Positions 44,059 to 54,787 of a stretch of 64,000 nucleotides of DNA are shown here, one piece after another. Every line of letters begins with the position of its first letter. The first letter of the stretch is position 1. The notes beneath the pieces are model-generated. The model searched no databases. It was not told the DNA's origin and was given only the letters and a program-made list of their open reading frames with translations. The stretch spans positions 31,032 through 95,031 of the forward strand of contig CAWEDJ010000031.1 of assembly GCA_963807635.1 (NCBI GenBank), given 5' to 3'. Position numbers and translations under genes: made by a program. Origin of the DNA: an uncultured cyanobacterium (GTDB lineage: Bacteria > Cyanobacteriota > Cyanobacteriia > Cyanobacteriales > Microcystaceae).

Positions 44059-44781
44059 ATGGTTTTAAAAGTTGTTCTATTCGATTTTAATGGGGTAATT
44101 ATTAATGATGAACCGATCCATCGTCAATTAATTGATGAAATTTTATTAGCTGAAAATCTCCGTCCTGCGACCTATCAGGAACATCAAGAATTTTGCCTCG
44201 GCAGAAGCGATCGCGTTTGTTTGCGGACTATTCTGGCCCATCGAGGAAGAAATGTGACCGAAGACTATTTGACGAAATTGATCGCAAATAAAGCCGTTTC
44301 CTATCGACAAAAATTAGAGCAACTGGAAACCTTACCTATTTATCCAGGGATCAAAAAAATATTAGACCAGATTCAACTTAAAAGCTGGCTCTTGGGATTA
44401 GTGACAGGAGCAGTCAAAGGAGAAACCATTTCTGTCTTAAAAAAAGCAGGTATTTTCGATTATTTCCAAGTGATTGTGGCAGGAGACGAAATTAATACCA
44501 GTAAACCCCAGCCCGATGGTTATTTACTCGCCGTAGAACGATTGAATCAGATTAACCCAAATTTACAATTACAACCCCAAAATTGTCTCGCGATCGAGGA
44601 TACTTTGGCAGGGATTGAAGCGGCGAAAAAAGCAGGCATTCCAGTTATCGGCATTGCCCATACCTATCCCTATCACTTTATGCACCGTCATGCTAATTGG
44701 GCAGTGGATAAACTTTCCGAAATTGATTTAGACCGCATTGAAGTTGCTTTTGCCCGTAAAGTTGGCTCCGTAGGTAATTGA
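44059..44781 (+). CDS. HAD-family phosphatase
   Basis: FDFNGV, KPQPDGY, IEDT. Confidence 0.9.
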   Translation: MVLKVVLFDFNGVIINDEPIHRQLIDEILLAENLRPATYQEHQEFCLGRSDRVCLRTILAHRGRNVTEDYLTKLIANKAVSYRQKLEQLETLPIYPGIKKILDQIQLKSWLLGLVTGAVKGETISVLKKAGIFDYFQVIVAGDEINTSKPQPDGYLLAVERLNQINPNLQLQPQNCLAIEDTLAGIEAAKKAGIPVIGIAHTYPYHFMHRHANWAVDKLSEIDLDRIEVAFARKVGSVGN

Positions 44782-44876
44782 GCGATCGCGTTTTTTTCAG
44801 AGAAAATTGAAGCCCTAACTTTCTTGCGTTAGACTAGCCAATACAGCCCCTATTATTGGTTTATTGGAAGTTCTCT

Positions 44877-46346
44877 ATGTCCCCCACCCTACTGATTTCT
44901 AAAGAATTACCGACCCTTGACTACGTTTCTAACCGCGATCGCTTTGATCTGAGTTGGCAAGCCTCCCTCTCGACTCTTTTGGGGTTAGGAAGGGCTGCTG
45001 GGGCAGATTTTGTGGAATTTTTTCTAGAAAAAGTTAATTATATTAGTTGTTTAGCTGAAGATGATGCCATTACTAGCCTTTCTCCCCGTTTATCGACTGG
45101 TTGCGGTGTGAGAGTTTTTCGGGGAAAAGGTGATTGTTATGTCAGCACCAACGATTTATCCTTTACTGGATTAAAAAATGCCCTCGAAAAAGCCCTATCT
45201 ATTTTGGGTTTAAATCTGCCGTCTGCCCTCTCCCATATTCCTGAAATCAACTTAGAAATGTTTCGGGACTACGCCACCGTCAAGGGAAAGGAAGATTGGT
45301 TAAAAAACTGTAGCTCTATGCAGGAAATGAGTGAAGTTTTACTCAAAGCCAATGATTATCTGAATAAAAAAGCGAATCACGCCCAATCTCGTCGTGCGGT
45401 TTATTTTCGGGATTGGCAAGAAGTTTTGGTTGCCGCCAGTGATGGAACCTTTGCGAGAGATATTCGCCTGACCCAATCGGTTGGTTATTCCCTGCTCTGT
45501 GCCGATGGTGCAAATCGGGCTTCCATTGGTAAGCGATCGGGTAATACCAGTGATCCCAATTATTTACGCCATTGGGATTACGAAAAAGTCTCCGATGAAG
45601 TGGCAGAATCGGCGGGAAAAATGCTCTATGCCGATTATGTGGAGTCGGGTAATTATCCGATTATTATGGCTAATGAATTTGGTGGAGTGATTTTCCATGA
45701 AGCCTGTGGACATTTATTAGAAACAACCCAAATTGAGCATAAAACCACGCCTTTTATGGATAAAAAAGGTGAAAAAATTGCTCACGAAAACTTAACGGCT
45801 TGGGATGAGGGTTTATCGGAAAATGCCTTTGGAACCATTGATATGGACGATGAAGGAATGCCCGCCCAACGCACTTTACTCATTGAAAACGGTATTCTCA
45901 AAAACTTTATCAGCGATCGCACAGGATTCATGAGAACGGGTCATCCCCGCACAGGTAGCGGTCGTCGTCAGAGCTATGCCTACGCTGCGGCTTCTCGGAT
46001 GCGAAATACCTACATTGCGCCAGGGAATTATTCGATGGACGATTTATTTAATTCGGTTGATAAGGGCATTTATTGTAAACAAATGGGGGGTGGTAGTGTC
46101 GGTGCAACGGGAGAATTTAACTTCTCTGTTTCCGAAGCTTATTTGATTGAAAATGGTCAAATTACTAAACCCTTAAAAGGCGCGACCTTAATCGGGACAG
46201 CAACGGACATTATGAACAAAATTTCCATGTCTTCCCAGGATTTAGGATTAGCGGCAGGTTTCTGCGGTTCCGTCAGTGGCAGTATTTATGTCACCGTTGG
46301 TCAACCCCATTTAAAAGTGGATTCGATTACCGTTGGTGGTCGCTAG
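44877..46346 (+). CDS. tldD: TldD metalloprotease subunit
   Basis: HEACGH zinc motif, RMRNT, FCGS near the C-terminus. Confidence 0.92.
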   Translation: MSPTLLISKELPTLDYVSNRDRFDLSWQASLSTLLGLGRAAGADFVEFFLEKVNYISCLAEDDAITSLSPRLSTGCGVRVFRGKGDCYVSTNDLSFTGLKNALEKALSILGLNLPSALSHIPEINLEMFRDYATVKGKEDWLKNCSSMQEMSEVLLKANDYLNKKANHAQSRRAVYFRDWQEVLVAASDGTFARDIRLTQSVGYSLLCADGANRASIGKRSGNTSDPNYLRHWDYEKVSDEVAESAGKMLYADYVESGNYPIIMANEFGGVIFHEACGHLLETTQIEHKTTPFMDKKGEKIAHENLTAWDEGLSENAFGTIDMDDEGMPAQRTLLIENGILKNFISDRTGFMRTGHPRTGSGRRQSYAYAAASRMRNTYIAPGNYSMDDLFNSVDKGIYCKQMGGGSVGATGEFNFSVSEAYLIENGQITKPLKGATLIGTATDIMNKISMSSQDLGLAAGFCGSVSGSIYVTVGQPHLKVDSITVGGR

Positions 46347-46395
46347 AATTTACATTTTTATTCCCCAAATTTCCCTCAAAACATTACAAAAATTC

Positions 46396-46453
46396 CGTAG
46401 GGGTTTGGTTTCCAAATTCATAGAAGAGAAGACTTGGAGACCAAGCCTCTACG
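46396..46453. repeat. GTAG-type REP-like inverted repeat
   Basis: cgtaggggtttggtttccaa ... ttggagaccaagcctctacg (17/20 complementary). Confidence 0.7.
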
Positions 46454-46514
46454 CTAAATTAATGTTTTCTTATTCATCGCAATTACGCTAGAAAAAATCA
46501 AGCAAAAATTCACA

Positions 46515-47855
46515 ATGTTAAACGTTCAAGAACTTGCTCAATATGCCGAAACCAGTGCCAAGGAATTAGGCATTCATCAATACGATATTTACGGATCTTC
46601 CGTCGATGAAACCGAAGCCGAAGTTGCCTTTGGAGAACCGAAACAAGTCCAAGCTTCCAATCGTTCCAGTGTGATTGTTCGGGTTTGGAATGAGAAAAAT
46701 ATGATCGGTGTCACCAGTACGACCGATTTAGATGCCAACGGAATTAAGTTAGCTCTCGAAACCGCCTCGGAAGCCAGTCATTTTGGCATTACGGAAAATA
46801 TTCCTGAATTTAGCCCTGAAGCCAACGCTCCCATCGTGGATCTCGGTGATCAAACTGCGGTCGCTGTGCCGATCGCAACTTTGGTTGAAAAGCTAATTGA
46901 TGCGGAAAAAAACTTATTAGCCGCCCATCCAGCGATTACAGGGGTTCCCTACAATGGACTTTCTCAGCAGACCTCTGAACGCTTTTATCTCAATAGTGAC
47001 GGTTCAAAACGTCAGGAAGCCCGTTCCTATGCCGCCATTTATCTCTATAGTCGCGCAGAACAGGAAGGGAAAAAGCCTCGTAGTGCGGGAGAAATGAAAA
47101 TTAGTCGCAGTTTGGATACTCTCGATATTGAGGGATGTCTTCAGGAAGTGACGGAAAAAACGATTAGTTATTTAGACTATGCGCCTATTGCGACGGGAAA
47201 ATATCGGGTTGTCTTTTCGCCAACAGCCTTTTTGAGTTTATTAGGGGCTTTTTCTAATATTTTTAATGCCCAAAGTATTTTAGATAAACAAAGTCTGGCC
47301 ACTCCTGAAACGGTGGGAACTCAAATTGCGTCTCCTTTACTTTCTGTGGTAGATGATGCTTTAAATCCAGGTAATATTGCAGGGGAAACTTTTGATGGAG
47401 AAGGGACACCAACTCGCCGTGTGGATCTGATTAATAATGGGGTTTTAACGGGTTTACTCCATAGCGCAGGGACAGCAAAACGCTTTAATACTAAGCCAAC
47501 GGGAAATGCAAATATTGGGGCAAAAGTAACAGTCGGTTCCCATTTTTATCATGTATTCGCAGGTCAACCAGCAGAACAAAGTTATCAGTTAGAAGAGGCA
47601 GAAAATATTATTTTCATTGATAAATTACAAGCTCTCCACGCGGGGGTAAATTCCCTAGAGGGTTCTTTCTCTTTGCCCTTTGATGGTTGGATTGTCAATA
47701 AAGGCGATCGCGTCAGTGTGGATTCTGTCACAGTGGCGGGGGATTATCTGGAGTTACTTAAATCCATTATTTACGTTGAACCAGAGGCAGAAGTGACTCC
47801 AAGAGGTGTTTGTCCCCGTATTTGGGTAGAGGGTTTATCAATTACGGGAGAGTAA
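46515..47855 (+). CDS. pmbA: TldE/PmbA subunit
   Basis: FDGEG motif, no HExxH, adjacent to tldD. Confidence 0.9.
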   Translation: MLNVQELAQYAETSAKELGIHQYDIYGSSVDETEAEVAFGEPKQVQASNRSSVIVRVWNEKNMIGVTSTTDLDANGIKLALETASEASHFGITENIPEFSPEANAPIVDLGDQTAVAVPIATLVEKLIDAEKNLLAAHPAITGVPYNGLSQQTSERFYLNSDGSKRQEARSYAAIYLYSRAEQEGKKPRSAGEMKISRSLDTLDIEGCLQEVTEKTISYLDYAPIATGKYRVVFSPTAFLSLLGAFSNIFNAQSILDKQSLATPETVGTQIASPLLSVVDDALNPGNIAGETFDGEGTPTRRVDLINNGVLTGLLHSAGTAKRFNTKPTGNANIGAKVTVGSHFYHVFAGQPAEQSYQLEEAENIIFIDKLQALHAGVNSLEGSFSLPFDGWIVNKGDRVSVDSVTVAGDYLELLKSIIYVEPEAEVTPRGVCPRIWVEGLSITGE

Positions 47856-47947
47856 AAGTTTAGGAGAAATAGGCGATCGCGTTTCAGTTGATACTTGATA
47901 ATGCGATCGCAATTCATCTGTTAAGTAAGTAAATTTCATGAACTTTA

Positions 47948-48505
47948 TCACGCAATTAGTTGATTAAATTGGAGGTATTGTGGAGATTCAATTTTAAACA
48001 TTATTTCACGACGGTTATTGATCATAATTGTTTCTTTTTGAAGCGATGGTCGAGCAGAAACACTAATATTTTTGATACTAATAAAACGATATTCATAATT
48101 TTGGAGAAAATCAGACTTCTCCCAAAATACTTTACCAACTTCTTGGCAATAGATCGTGAAACAATATGCCCCTTTTAATTGCTTAATAATTTCTTTGTTG
48201 TCTGGATTTCCTGATTTAAGTTCAATACAAAAAATTACTTTTTTCTTATCTGTGTTAGCAATGATGACAAAATCTGCCCGTTTACATTCTCCTTTCGATC
48301 CTTGAAAAACAGCTTTTGGCTCTACAAAATTGTCTGATTTGATAACAATAACCTGATCATCGTCAGGTATTCCATTAATAGTCACACTATAGTTCGGTAG
48401 GTTAGTTTCGGTGAGAATAACTTTTCTTTTTCCATAAACATCTTCTTCTAGCGGTACTCTAGCAGTGTTTTGAATTATCTGTTTTAGAATCGCAATATCA
48501 GACAT
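47948..48505 (-). CDS. Putative PD-(D/E)xK nuclease-fold protein, translationally coupled to the ATPase
   Basis: KRADFVII...FCIELKSG...IIKQL pattern; TAATG stop/start overlap. Confidence 0.6.
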   Translation of the reverse strand: MSDIAILKQIIQNTARVPLEEDVYGKRKVILTETNLPNYSVTINGIPDDDQVIVIKSDNFVEPKAVFQGSKGECKRADFVIIANTDKKKVIFCIELKSGNPDNKEIIKQLKGAYCFTIYCQEVGKVFWEKSDFLQNYEYRFISIKNISVSARPSLQKETIMINNRREIMFKIESPQYLQFNQLIA

Positions 48506-49920
48506 TAATCTTCTCCCCAAACAATCGCCCTTTGAATCCGATTCATTGTGTCAATGGTTTTATCGAAACTACGGGCATCTATCCCCATAAAGGGATCAAT
48601 ATCCGCAGGAGTCAAAGTTTGACATTTAGTTTTTCGAGTTTTTCCATCCAGCAGAACTGGGGCTTCTTCTGCAATATAAACTTTAATTTTATCGGCAGTC
48701 AGCAATTCACTTTTTTGATAACCTTCAACTTCAGCAATTCTTTTTAGATGGGGTTTATCATGATTTAGCATGATTAAAGTATTTAATTCTTTGATAATGT
48801 AATCACTGTGGGTTGTAATAAAAACTTTAATCCCTAAATTGACTAATCTTGCTAAGAGCCGAGCAACACGACGCTGATTTTCTGGATGTAGGTTTAATTC
48901 GGGTTCATCTATTATCAATAAATCCCCTGCTTGGGCTTCATGTCTCAGATAAAAACCTAAGTCTAGCAAGGAACGAACTGCACTAGAACTTTCATCCATT
49001 GCTAATTTTATTCGTTTATCTTTGGGTTCATAATAAAGTTGATCATTATCGTTAATAGTATATTTTCCACCAATAATATCAGTAAAAGAATCTAAAATGT
49101 CTAGATGATTTTCAGCAATAAAACTACTTTTTTTAGAAATACTACTAAGGTTTTCAAGAAAATCTAAGTTAAGTTTAACAGGAAGAGCATAATCTTCATA
49201 GGCATGAGATAAAATACCTCTAAGATCAGTGCTTGAATCTGCTCTTGACATTTGTTCTAGCAATTTACTACGAGCAAAATTTAATTCCTTACGAAAAATT
49301 GCAGATCCTGTTCTTTCGGAACTTATAATAAAAGGTTCATGAAAAATAATAGAAAAAAAGATTCTTTGTAAAACAGCTGACATATAGCGATCAAAAATCC
49401 TTGCATTAAAAACCTTTTTGTTATCAAAAAAGTTATCGAAAAAATTAATGATTATATCGTTGCTTCCTAGAGATTTTGCCAGCAAAATAAAGAAACCTTC
49501 TGCAAAGGAAGTTTGTTGATTAAACTTTGTCTTTTTAATATTATTCTTTATCTGGACAATATCTTTTTCTTCTATAATTACTTGAAAACTAGACTCTTGA
49601 AACTTCTCTTTATTTGTTGCGAAGATATTAGGTAGTTCCTGAATATATTTTTGACAACCTTGATCAACAAAATCTTGAATTTTTTCAACATAATCAGCAA
49701 TATTAATACTGGTTGTACCTTTTGTCATTAAATCTTCCACTTTATCTTCACCAATCTCCATCTCCATCTCAAAAAAGTTTTTCCAAGTAGACAAAAAACC
49801 AAATAAAGCGTAGGTAACATAGGTTTTTCCTGTATTATTTTCACCACAAATAATCGTGAAATCGCCAAGCTCAAATTCAGCCTGTTTTAAAACACCCAGA
49901 TTTTTAATTTTAATTTTCAT
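48505..49920 (-). CDS. Soluble ABC-type ATPase (AAA_15/AAA_21-like)
   Basis: Walker A GENNTGKT, Walker B LLIIDEPE, LNLHP, TTHS; no transmembrane partner. Confidence 0.88.
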   Translation of the reverse strand: MKIKIKNLGVLKQAEFELGDFTIICGENNTGKTYVTYALFGFLSTWKNFFEMEMEIGEDKVEDLMTKGTTSINIADYVEKIQDFVDQGCQKYIQELPNIFATNKEKFQESSFQVIIEEKDIVQIKNNIKKTKFNQQTSFAEGFFILLAKSLGSNDIIINFFDNFFDNKKVFNARIFDRYMSAVLQRIFFSIIFHEPFIISSERTGSAIFRKELNFARSKLLEQMSRADSSTDLRGILSHAYEDYALPVKLNLDFLENLSSISKKSSFIAENHLDILDSFTDIIGGKYTINDNDQLYYEPKDKRIKLAMDESSSAVRSLLDLGFYLRHEAQAGDLLIIDEPELNLHPENQRRVARLLARLVNLGIKVFITTHSDYIIKELNTLIMLNHDKPHLKRIAEVEGYQKSELLTADKIKVYIAEEAPVLLDGKTRKTKCQTLTPADIDPFMGIDARSFDKTIDTMNRIQRAIVWGED

Positions 49921-50117
49921 AACTACTTTCCTTCAGCGTGATCGCCTCTAATACTTTCTATAATCAGATTCTAATGTCAATTACTCAATCATACCCTTGA
50001 CGGAATTGATTAGAAAAATTTTGTTCATAGACGCGATCGCCTCCTCGTACATAAATGAAAATAAGCGTCACTTTAGTTTTGATAGTATATTTAAGATCTG
50101 AATTAATCCTAAAGAAT

Positions 50118-51905
50118 ATGGCAAAAATTCCACTTAGCCTAGAGAGTATTCGTCAAGAAGCCACGACACAATCCTTCCAACGGGGCGAATCCTATTACCA
50201 CGACAATGCAGTACTCTCCTTGTTCTTGCGCGGTCAGAACCTAGAAGCAAAAGTTTCAGGAAGTGAGTATGACGGTTATCGCGTAACAGTTAAACTCGAA
50301 GACAATCATATCACCTCAGCTTATTGTACTTGCCCCTACGATTATGGTGGTTGGTGTAAACATATTGTCGCGACCTTGTTAGCTTATCTTGATGAACCCA
50401 ATAGCATCGAAAAACGTCTGACCTTGGAGCAATTATTGGACGGATTAGATGCAGAACAAAGCCGTCAATTAGTCCAGTTTTTAGCAGAAGATAATCCTGA
50501 ATTGATTGATCAAGTAGAACGCTTTATTAGTCGAATTAAACCTGTTGCGATCGCGATTAATCAAGGAACATCCAATGATAATCAAGAAATACCTCAAATT
50601 ACGGTGAATACTAAATTTTATAGCAGTAAAGTCCATGAAATATTACGAGAAGCTGCGCGGGGTTGCGAAGACGGATGGGGCTATGAAGAAGATACCGTTA
50701 GTATGGAAATAATCGAACTGATTGATGATACTGAAGCTTTATTTGAACAAGGAGAAGTTCATAACGCGATCGCTATTTTAACCGCCATTACTAAAGCTTG
50801 TGCCTCTGGATGGAAGGATCTATCTGACTATGGAATGGAACCCTATGAAGTAGTGGATGTTCTAAATGATCGTTGGACAGAAGCAATTTTAAGGACTGAT
50901 TTAACAGTTCAAGAAAATCTAAAGCTGAAAGGAGAATTACAAAGTTGGGAGAAGAAATGGAAAGTGGATTTTTCTATGAGTTTAGCGGCCCTAGAAGAAG
51001 GCTGGAATGAAGAATTTTTACAAGCGATTTTACAAGGAAATGTGACGGAAGAACTAATAGAAGAAAAGTCCCATTATCAAAATGATTTAACATTAATTAG
51101 ACTCAAAATTCTCAAGCAACAGGGCCGTTATGAAGAATATCTTAATCTCGCCAAAGCAACTCATCAAACTAAAGAATATCTGACTATGTTGGCTTGGCTA
51201 GACCGAACGGAAGAAGCTCTGCAAGCCGCTCAAACACAAATGACTACCAGCGAAGAAGCTCTAGCATTATCTAATACTTTACAAAATCAGGGTGCGACAG
51301 AAGCGGCTCTACAAATTGCTCAACAGGGTTTAAATTTACCTGGTAATTCTGAAAGTCAACTAGCGGATTGGATTGTAGAACTAGCGCAGGAATTACAAGA
51401 TCCTGATCTAATTCTGGCGGCTAATCTCAAAGTTTTTGAAATAAAAGCATCTTTTGGGCAATATAAAAAACTGGCAACTCTAGCAGGAGATGATTGGGAC
51501 TCTCTGAAGTTAGATTTATTAGATTTTTTACGATCTCAGCATGGTTGGGAAGTTCGAGACGCAAAAATTAGAATTTTTCTCTATGAAAACTTAGTAGAAG
51601 ACGCGATCGCAGCAGCAAATCATCTGAGTGATTATGAGAAAGATTTAATTGGAGCAGTCATGGATGCGGCAATTTCTGTGCAACCTGATTGGGTGATTAG
51701 CAAAGCCAGTAAGATGGCTGAGGCAATTATGGATGCAGGAAAAGCAGAATACTATGATCAGGCAGTTAAATGGCTCAAAAAAGTCAAGAAAGCCTATTCT
51801 CAATCCAACAGAAAAGCAGAATGGTCAGTTTATCACGGAAATTTAGTCAATGTTCACCAGCGTAAACGAAAATTAATGGGTCTATTTCGAGACAATGGTT
51901 TATAG
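50118..51905 (+). CDS. SWIM zinc-finger protein with acidic helical C-terminal region
   Basis: CTC-PYDYGGW-CKH SWIM motif. Confidence 0.88.
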   Translation: MAKIPLSLESIRQEATTQSFQRGESYYHDNAVLSLFLRGQNLEAKVSGSEYDGYRVTVKLEDNHITSAYCTCPYDYGGWCKHIVATLLAYLDEPNSIEKRLTLEQLLDGLDAEQSRQLVQFLAEDNPELIDQVERFISRIKPVAIAINQGTSNDNQEIPQITVNTKFYSSKVHEILREAARGCEDGWGYEEDTVSMEIIELIDDTEALFEQGEVHNAIAILTAITKACASGWKDLSDYGMEPYEVVDVLNDRWTEAILRTDLTVQENLKLKGELQSWEKKWKVDFSMSLAALEEGWNEEFLQAILQGNVTEELIEEKSHYQNDLTLIRLKILKQQGRYEEYLNLAKATHQTKEYLTMLAWLDRTEEALQAAQTQMTTSEEALALSNTLQNQGATEAALQIAQQGLNLPGNSESQLADWIVELAQELQDPDLILAANLKVFEIKASFGQYKKLATLAGDDWDSLKLDLLDFLRSQHGWEVRDAKIRIFLYENLVEDAIAAANHLSDYEKDLIGAVMDAAISVQPDWVISKASKMAEAIMDAGKAEYYDQAVKWLKKVKKAYSQSNRKAEWSVYHGNLVNVHQRKRKLMGLFRDNGL

Positions 51906-51975
51906 TTTTCGGGGGATCTGGAAAAGGCGATCGCTCTCTGGGAATTGGGGTGACAGTTTTATCTTATCTTGTTCA

Positions 51976-52041
51976 AGGGCGAACGCAATTCGCCCCTACA
52001 GAAGGTTTTTAGAGGAGCGTAGGGGCGCAAGGCTTGCGCCC
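51976..52041. repeat. Pair of GTAG-type REP-like palindromes between convergent genes
   Basis: gggcgaa-cgcaa-ttcgcccctac and gtaggggcgcaa-ggc-ttgcgccc. Confidence 0.8.
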
Positions 52042-52074
52042 AAAAGTAGCTGACCCCCTTGATCCAAGAGAGCT

Positions 52075-52731
52075 TTAATTATTTACAGTTTTTTGCTGTT
52101 TTAAATAGATAAAAACAGATTTGTCGCCAATATCAGGAGGAATCGCTTGAATTGCTTTTCGGATAGCAAATACTACAAAAAAGATTGCCCAAACTGCTAA
52201 CAGTCCTCGTTCAATCGATACGGGTAAAATAGAAAATAAATGTCCCAATAATAATAGGGGAACTAAGGGAGTTAAAAGCTTGGTTTCGAGACGGTTAAAA
52301 CAAAATGCTTCCTTGAAATAAATTCCCGTTAAAGCCGCAAAAATAAATCCCACTCCCAACAAAGAAAGGGGATTCTCATAAATAAATAGTGCCAAGGGTT
52401 GCGGGCTATAAACGGCAAAAATTAAACCAGAAACCGTACCGATCGCCCAAAAAACTTGTAACAATCGGTGCAGAACGACTAAATAAATATGAATTAAAGC
52501 CAAACTAATGCCTAATCCCAAAGAAAATAGGGCAAATAAAACCGTTAATGTCTGGAGAACAAAAGGAGTTGGGCCTTGCCAAAGGATTAAACCAGTCCCC
52601 ACCGCAAAAGCTAGGGCAAAGAGTCCCAATCCTCCCCGATAGAAAATAACTTCCTGGCGATCGCGTTGGGTTAGGGTAAATTCTCCAAATTGTCCTTGAT
52701 ATACTGGGGAAGGGGTAGCTAAATTTGTCAT
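52075..52731 (-). CDS. DUF2301 family membrane protein
   Basis: YQGQFGEF, IHIY, FKEAFCF, DIGDKSVF. Confidence 0.85.
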   Translation of the reverse strand: MTNLATPSPVYQGQFGEFTLTQRDRQEVIFYRGGLGLFALAFAVGTGLILWQGPTPFVLQTLTVLFALFSLGLGISLALIHIYLVVLHRLLQVFWAIGTVSGLIFAVYSPQPLALFIYENPLSLLGVGFIFAALTGIYFKEAFCFNRLETKLLTPLVPLLLLGHLFSILPVSIERGLLAVWAIFFVVFAIRKAIQAIPPDIGDKSVFIYLKQQKTVNN

Positions 52732-52854
52732 AGTTTTTAATAGATATTTAAAGAAAATTATTAGACTGTCTAAGAATGGGGTAAATGGAAAATCGTGAAT
52801 TTGTGTTACGTTAAGAATATTTTTTTACTACCTGTTTTACTTCAAATTAATCAA

Positions 52855-54586
52855 CTAATTTTCAGAAATTGGTCGATAGGTCGTCATCAGGTTACCCTTG
52901 GAATTATAAACCGCTAGAGGAATTTTTGCCTGATTACTAATCATTTGAAAGCTCTGTTCTAGGCGAGCGAGATGATTCAAAATTTCCGCTTGTTCTTTGA
53001 TATTAGCATTAAGTTTAGCCTGAATTGATAAATCCCAGATTTGCTGGAGATAGGATGAGGTTAACTTGACTTTAATCATATTTTTATCGATGGAATAATT
53101 GCAGGCTTTATTCTCTTGGGAACAAATTTTGGCTAAATTATTTTTGATCAATTGTAGTCGATTGGCGTTTCTAAAGTTTTCTTGAGCTTTATTTAACGAG
53201 AGATTATACTGAATTAAGAGAGATTTAGCCTTAGTTGATTGGAAACTATTGTCAGGGATTTGTTTGAGATAAACTAACGCATTTTTCCAATGAGAAACGG
53301 CTAAAGACCATTGCTGGGACTGCTCTGATTTTTCAGCAATTTGAGCTTCTTGAATGGCTTGTTGCAAGTTTATTTCTGCTAATACTTCATTCTTTTTCCG
53401 TGCATCGATCGCTTTATAGGCTTGAGCATAAAGATCTAAAAATTTTGAGGTTTTATCGTAGGGAGTGGTTCCTTGGGAAATATTTTCCAGAAATTGAATG
53501 GCTTTTTTCCAAGTCGCAGAAATTTTATCAAAATCATCAATGGATTGAGCCATATTTTCTTGTACTTTAGCCACTCTACCTATTTTCATTGCCTCTTCGT
53601 AGATGGTATTTGCTAGTTGTTCTTGCTGTAGGCGTTGATTACTTGCCAGTAGGGCTTTTTCGTATTGTTGACTTTGGGCGATCGCGAAAGCTTGAAATTG
53701 GCTGTTGGCAGGCAGTTGTTTAAGTTGTTTGATCGATTTTTTTAAAAGGGTTTGAACGGTTTGCCATTCAGGAATGGATAGGGAAGATTTTTGCATTAAA
53801 AGAGTCGCCTGATTCCCTGATGCGATCGCCGCATTCAACTGGCTAATATCTCTTAAAATTGTTTGAGCCTCACTGTCTAAAGCGTTAGCTTGAGAGCGAT
53901 AGGGAGACCACCAAGGAATAGATTGCAATTGGGATAGGGCTTCCCCTAATTTCTGTTTTGTCGCTAATAAACTGGAGGATGAATCAGGATCAAGGACAAG
54001 TAAGGAGCTGTTAATTAAAAGTTTCGCTTGGCTTAAGGGAGGACAGGTTCCCGTGACACAGGGATCGCTTAATCCATAGAGAGTGATGGCCAGAATTCCC
54101 AAGCCTAGTCCTAATCCTAATAGTTTTTTCGTGGGGAAACGGTCGGAGATTTTTGGGAAGAAAGGTGTAGGGAAATAAATATTATTGTGCTGAAAAAGGG
54201 ATAATTTGTTCGCTTGTGGAGGGTTTAGTGAGCTTGGCCTATTTTTTTGTCGAGGAATACTCCTCATGTCCTCAGCTTCCTGGTTAACCATTCCATTTTG
54301 CAGAAAAGACGATGGTTCCTCGCTCGTTAGATAAATCTCGGTAGGATATAAAGATGAAGCTCCTTGACGATCTAAAAATTCTCGGACACAGGAAAAGGTG
54401 GCACGCCTTTTGTAGCTTCAGCGTTTCGGAATATTGAATTATGATAATCAGCGTTTCTTCCGACAGAGAACAATTAACCTGTAAGGGACTAGTCGCGATC
54501 GCGTCCGACAGTAAAAATTGATAGAGTTGTTCCCCTAAACGACCCAGATCGAGAGCTGGAATTTCGCTAATATCTGTTTCCTCCAT
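52855..54586 (-). CDS. Hypothetical membrane-anchored helical-repeat protein; probably one gene split by frameshift(s) near 54290-54400
   Basis: One TM segment, PCVTGTC, repeated W..A...L..IP..S motifs; upstream ORF 54284-54586 overlaps. Confidence 0.6.
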
Positions 54587-54787
54587 AACACTTATTCCTG
54601 ATTGTGAGAGACTACCTGTAAACTAAATAGGTAAGATCAAGTGTAATTGAGCGAATCTCTGACTAGAGTTGTCATCGGCCCTCTAGTGATTTTCTCTATA
54701 TCTAAGGATAAAGGGAATTTGGAGAAATAAATAGCAGAAAATTTAAAACGATTGACTGACGATCCCCAGTATTATTCAAAACCCAAC

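Noticed and set aside
42673..47855. tldD/pmbA with methyltransferase and HAD as a RiPP cluster
   Set aside because: No precursor peptide, YcaO or cyclodehydratase nearby; these are common housekeeping genes
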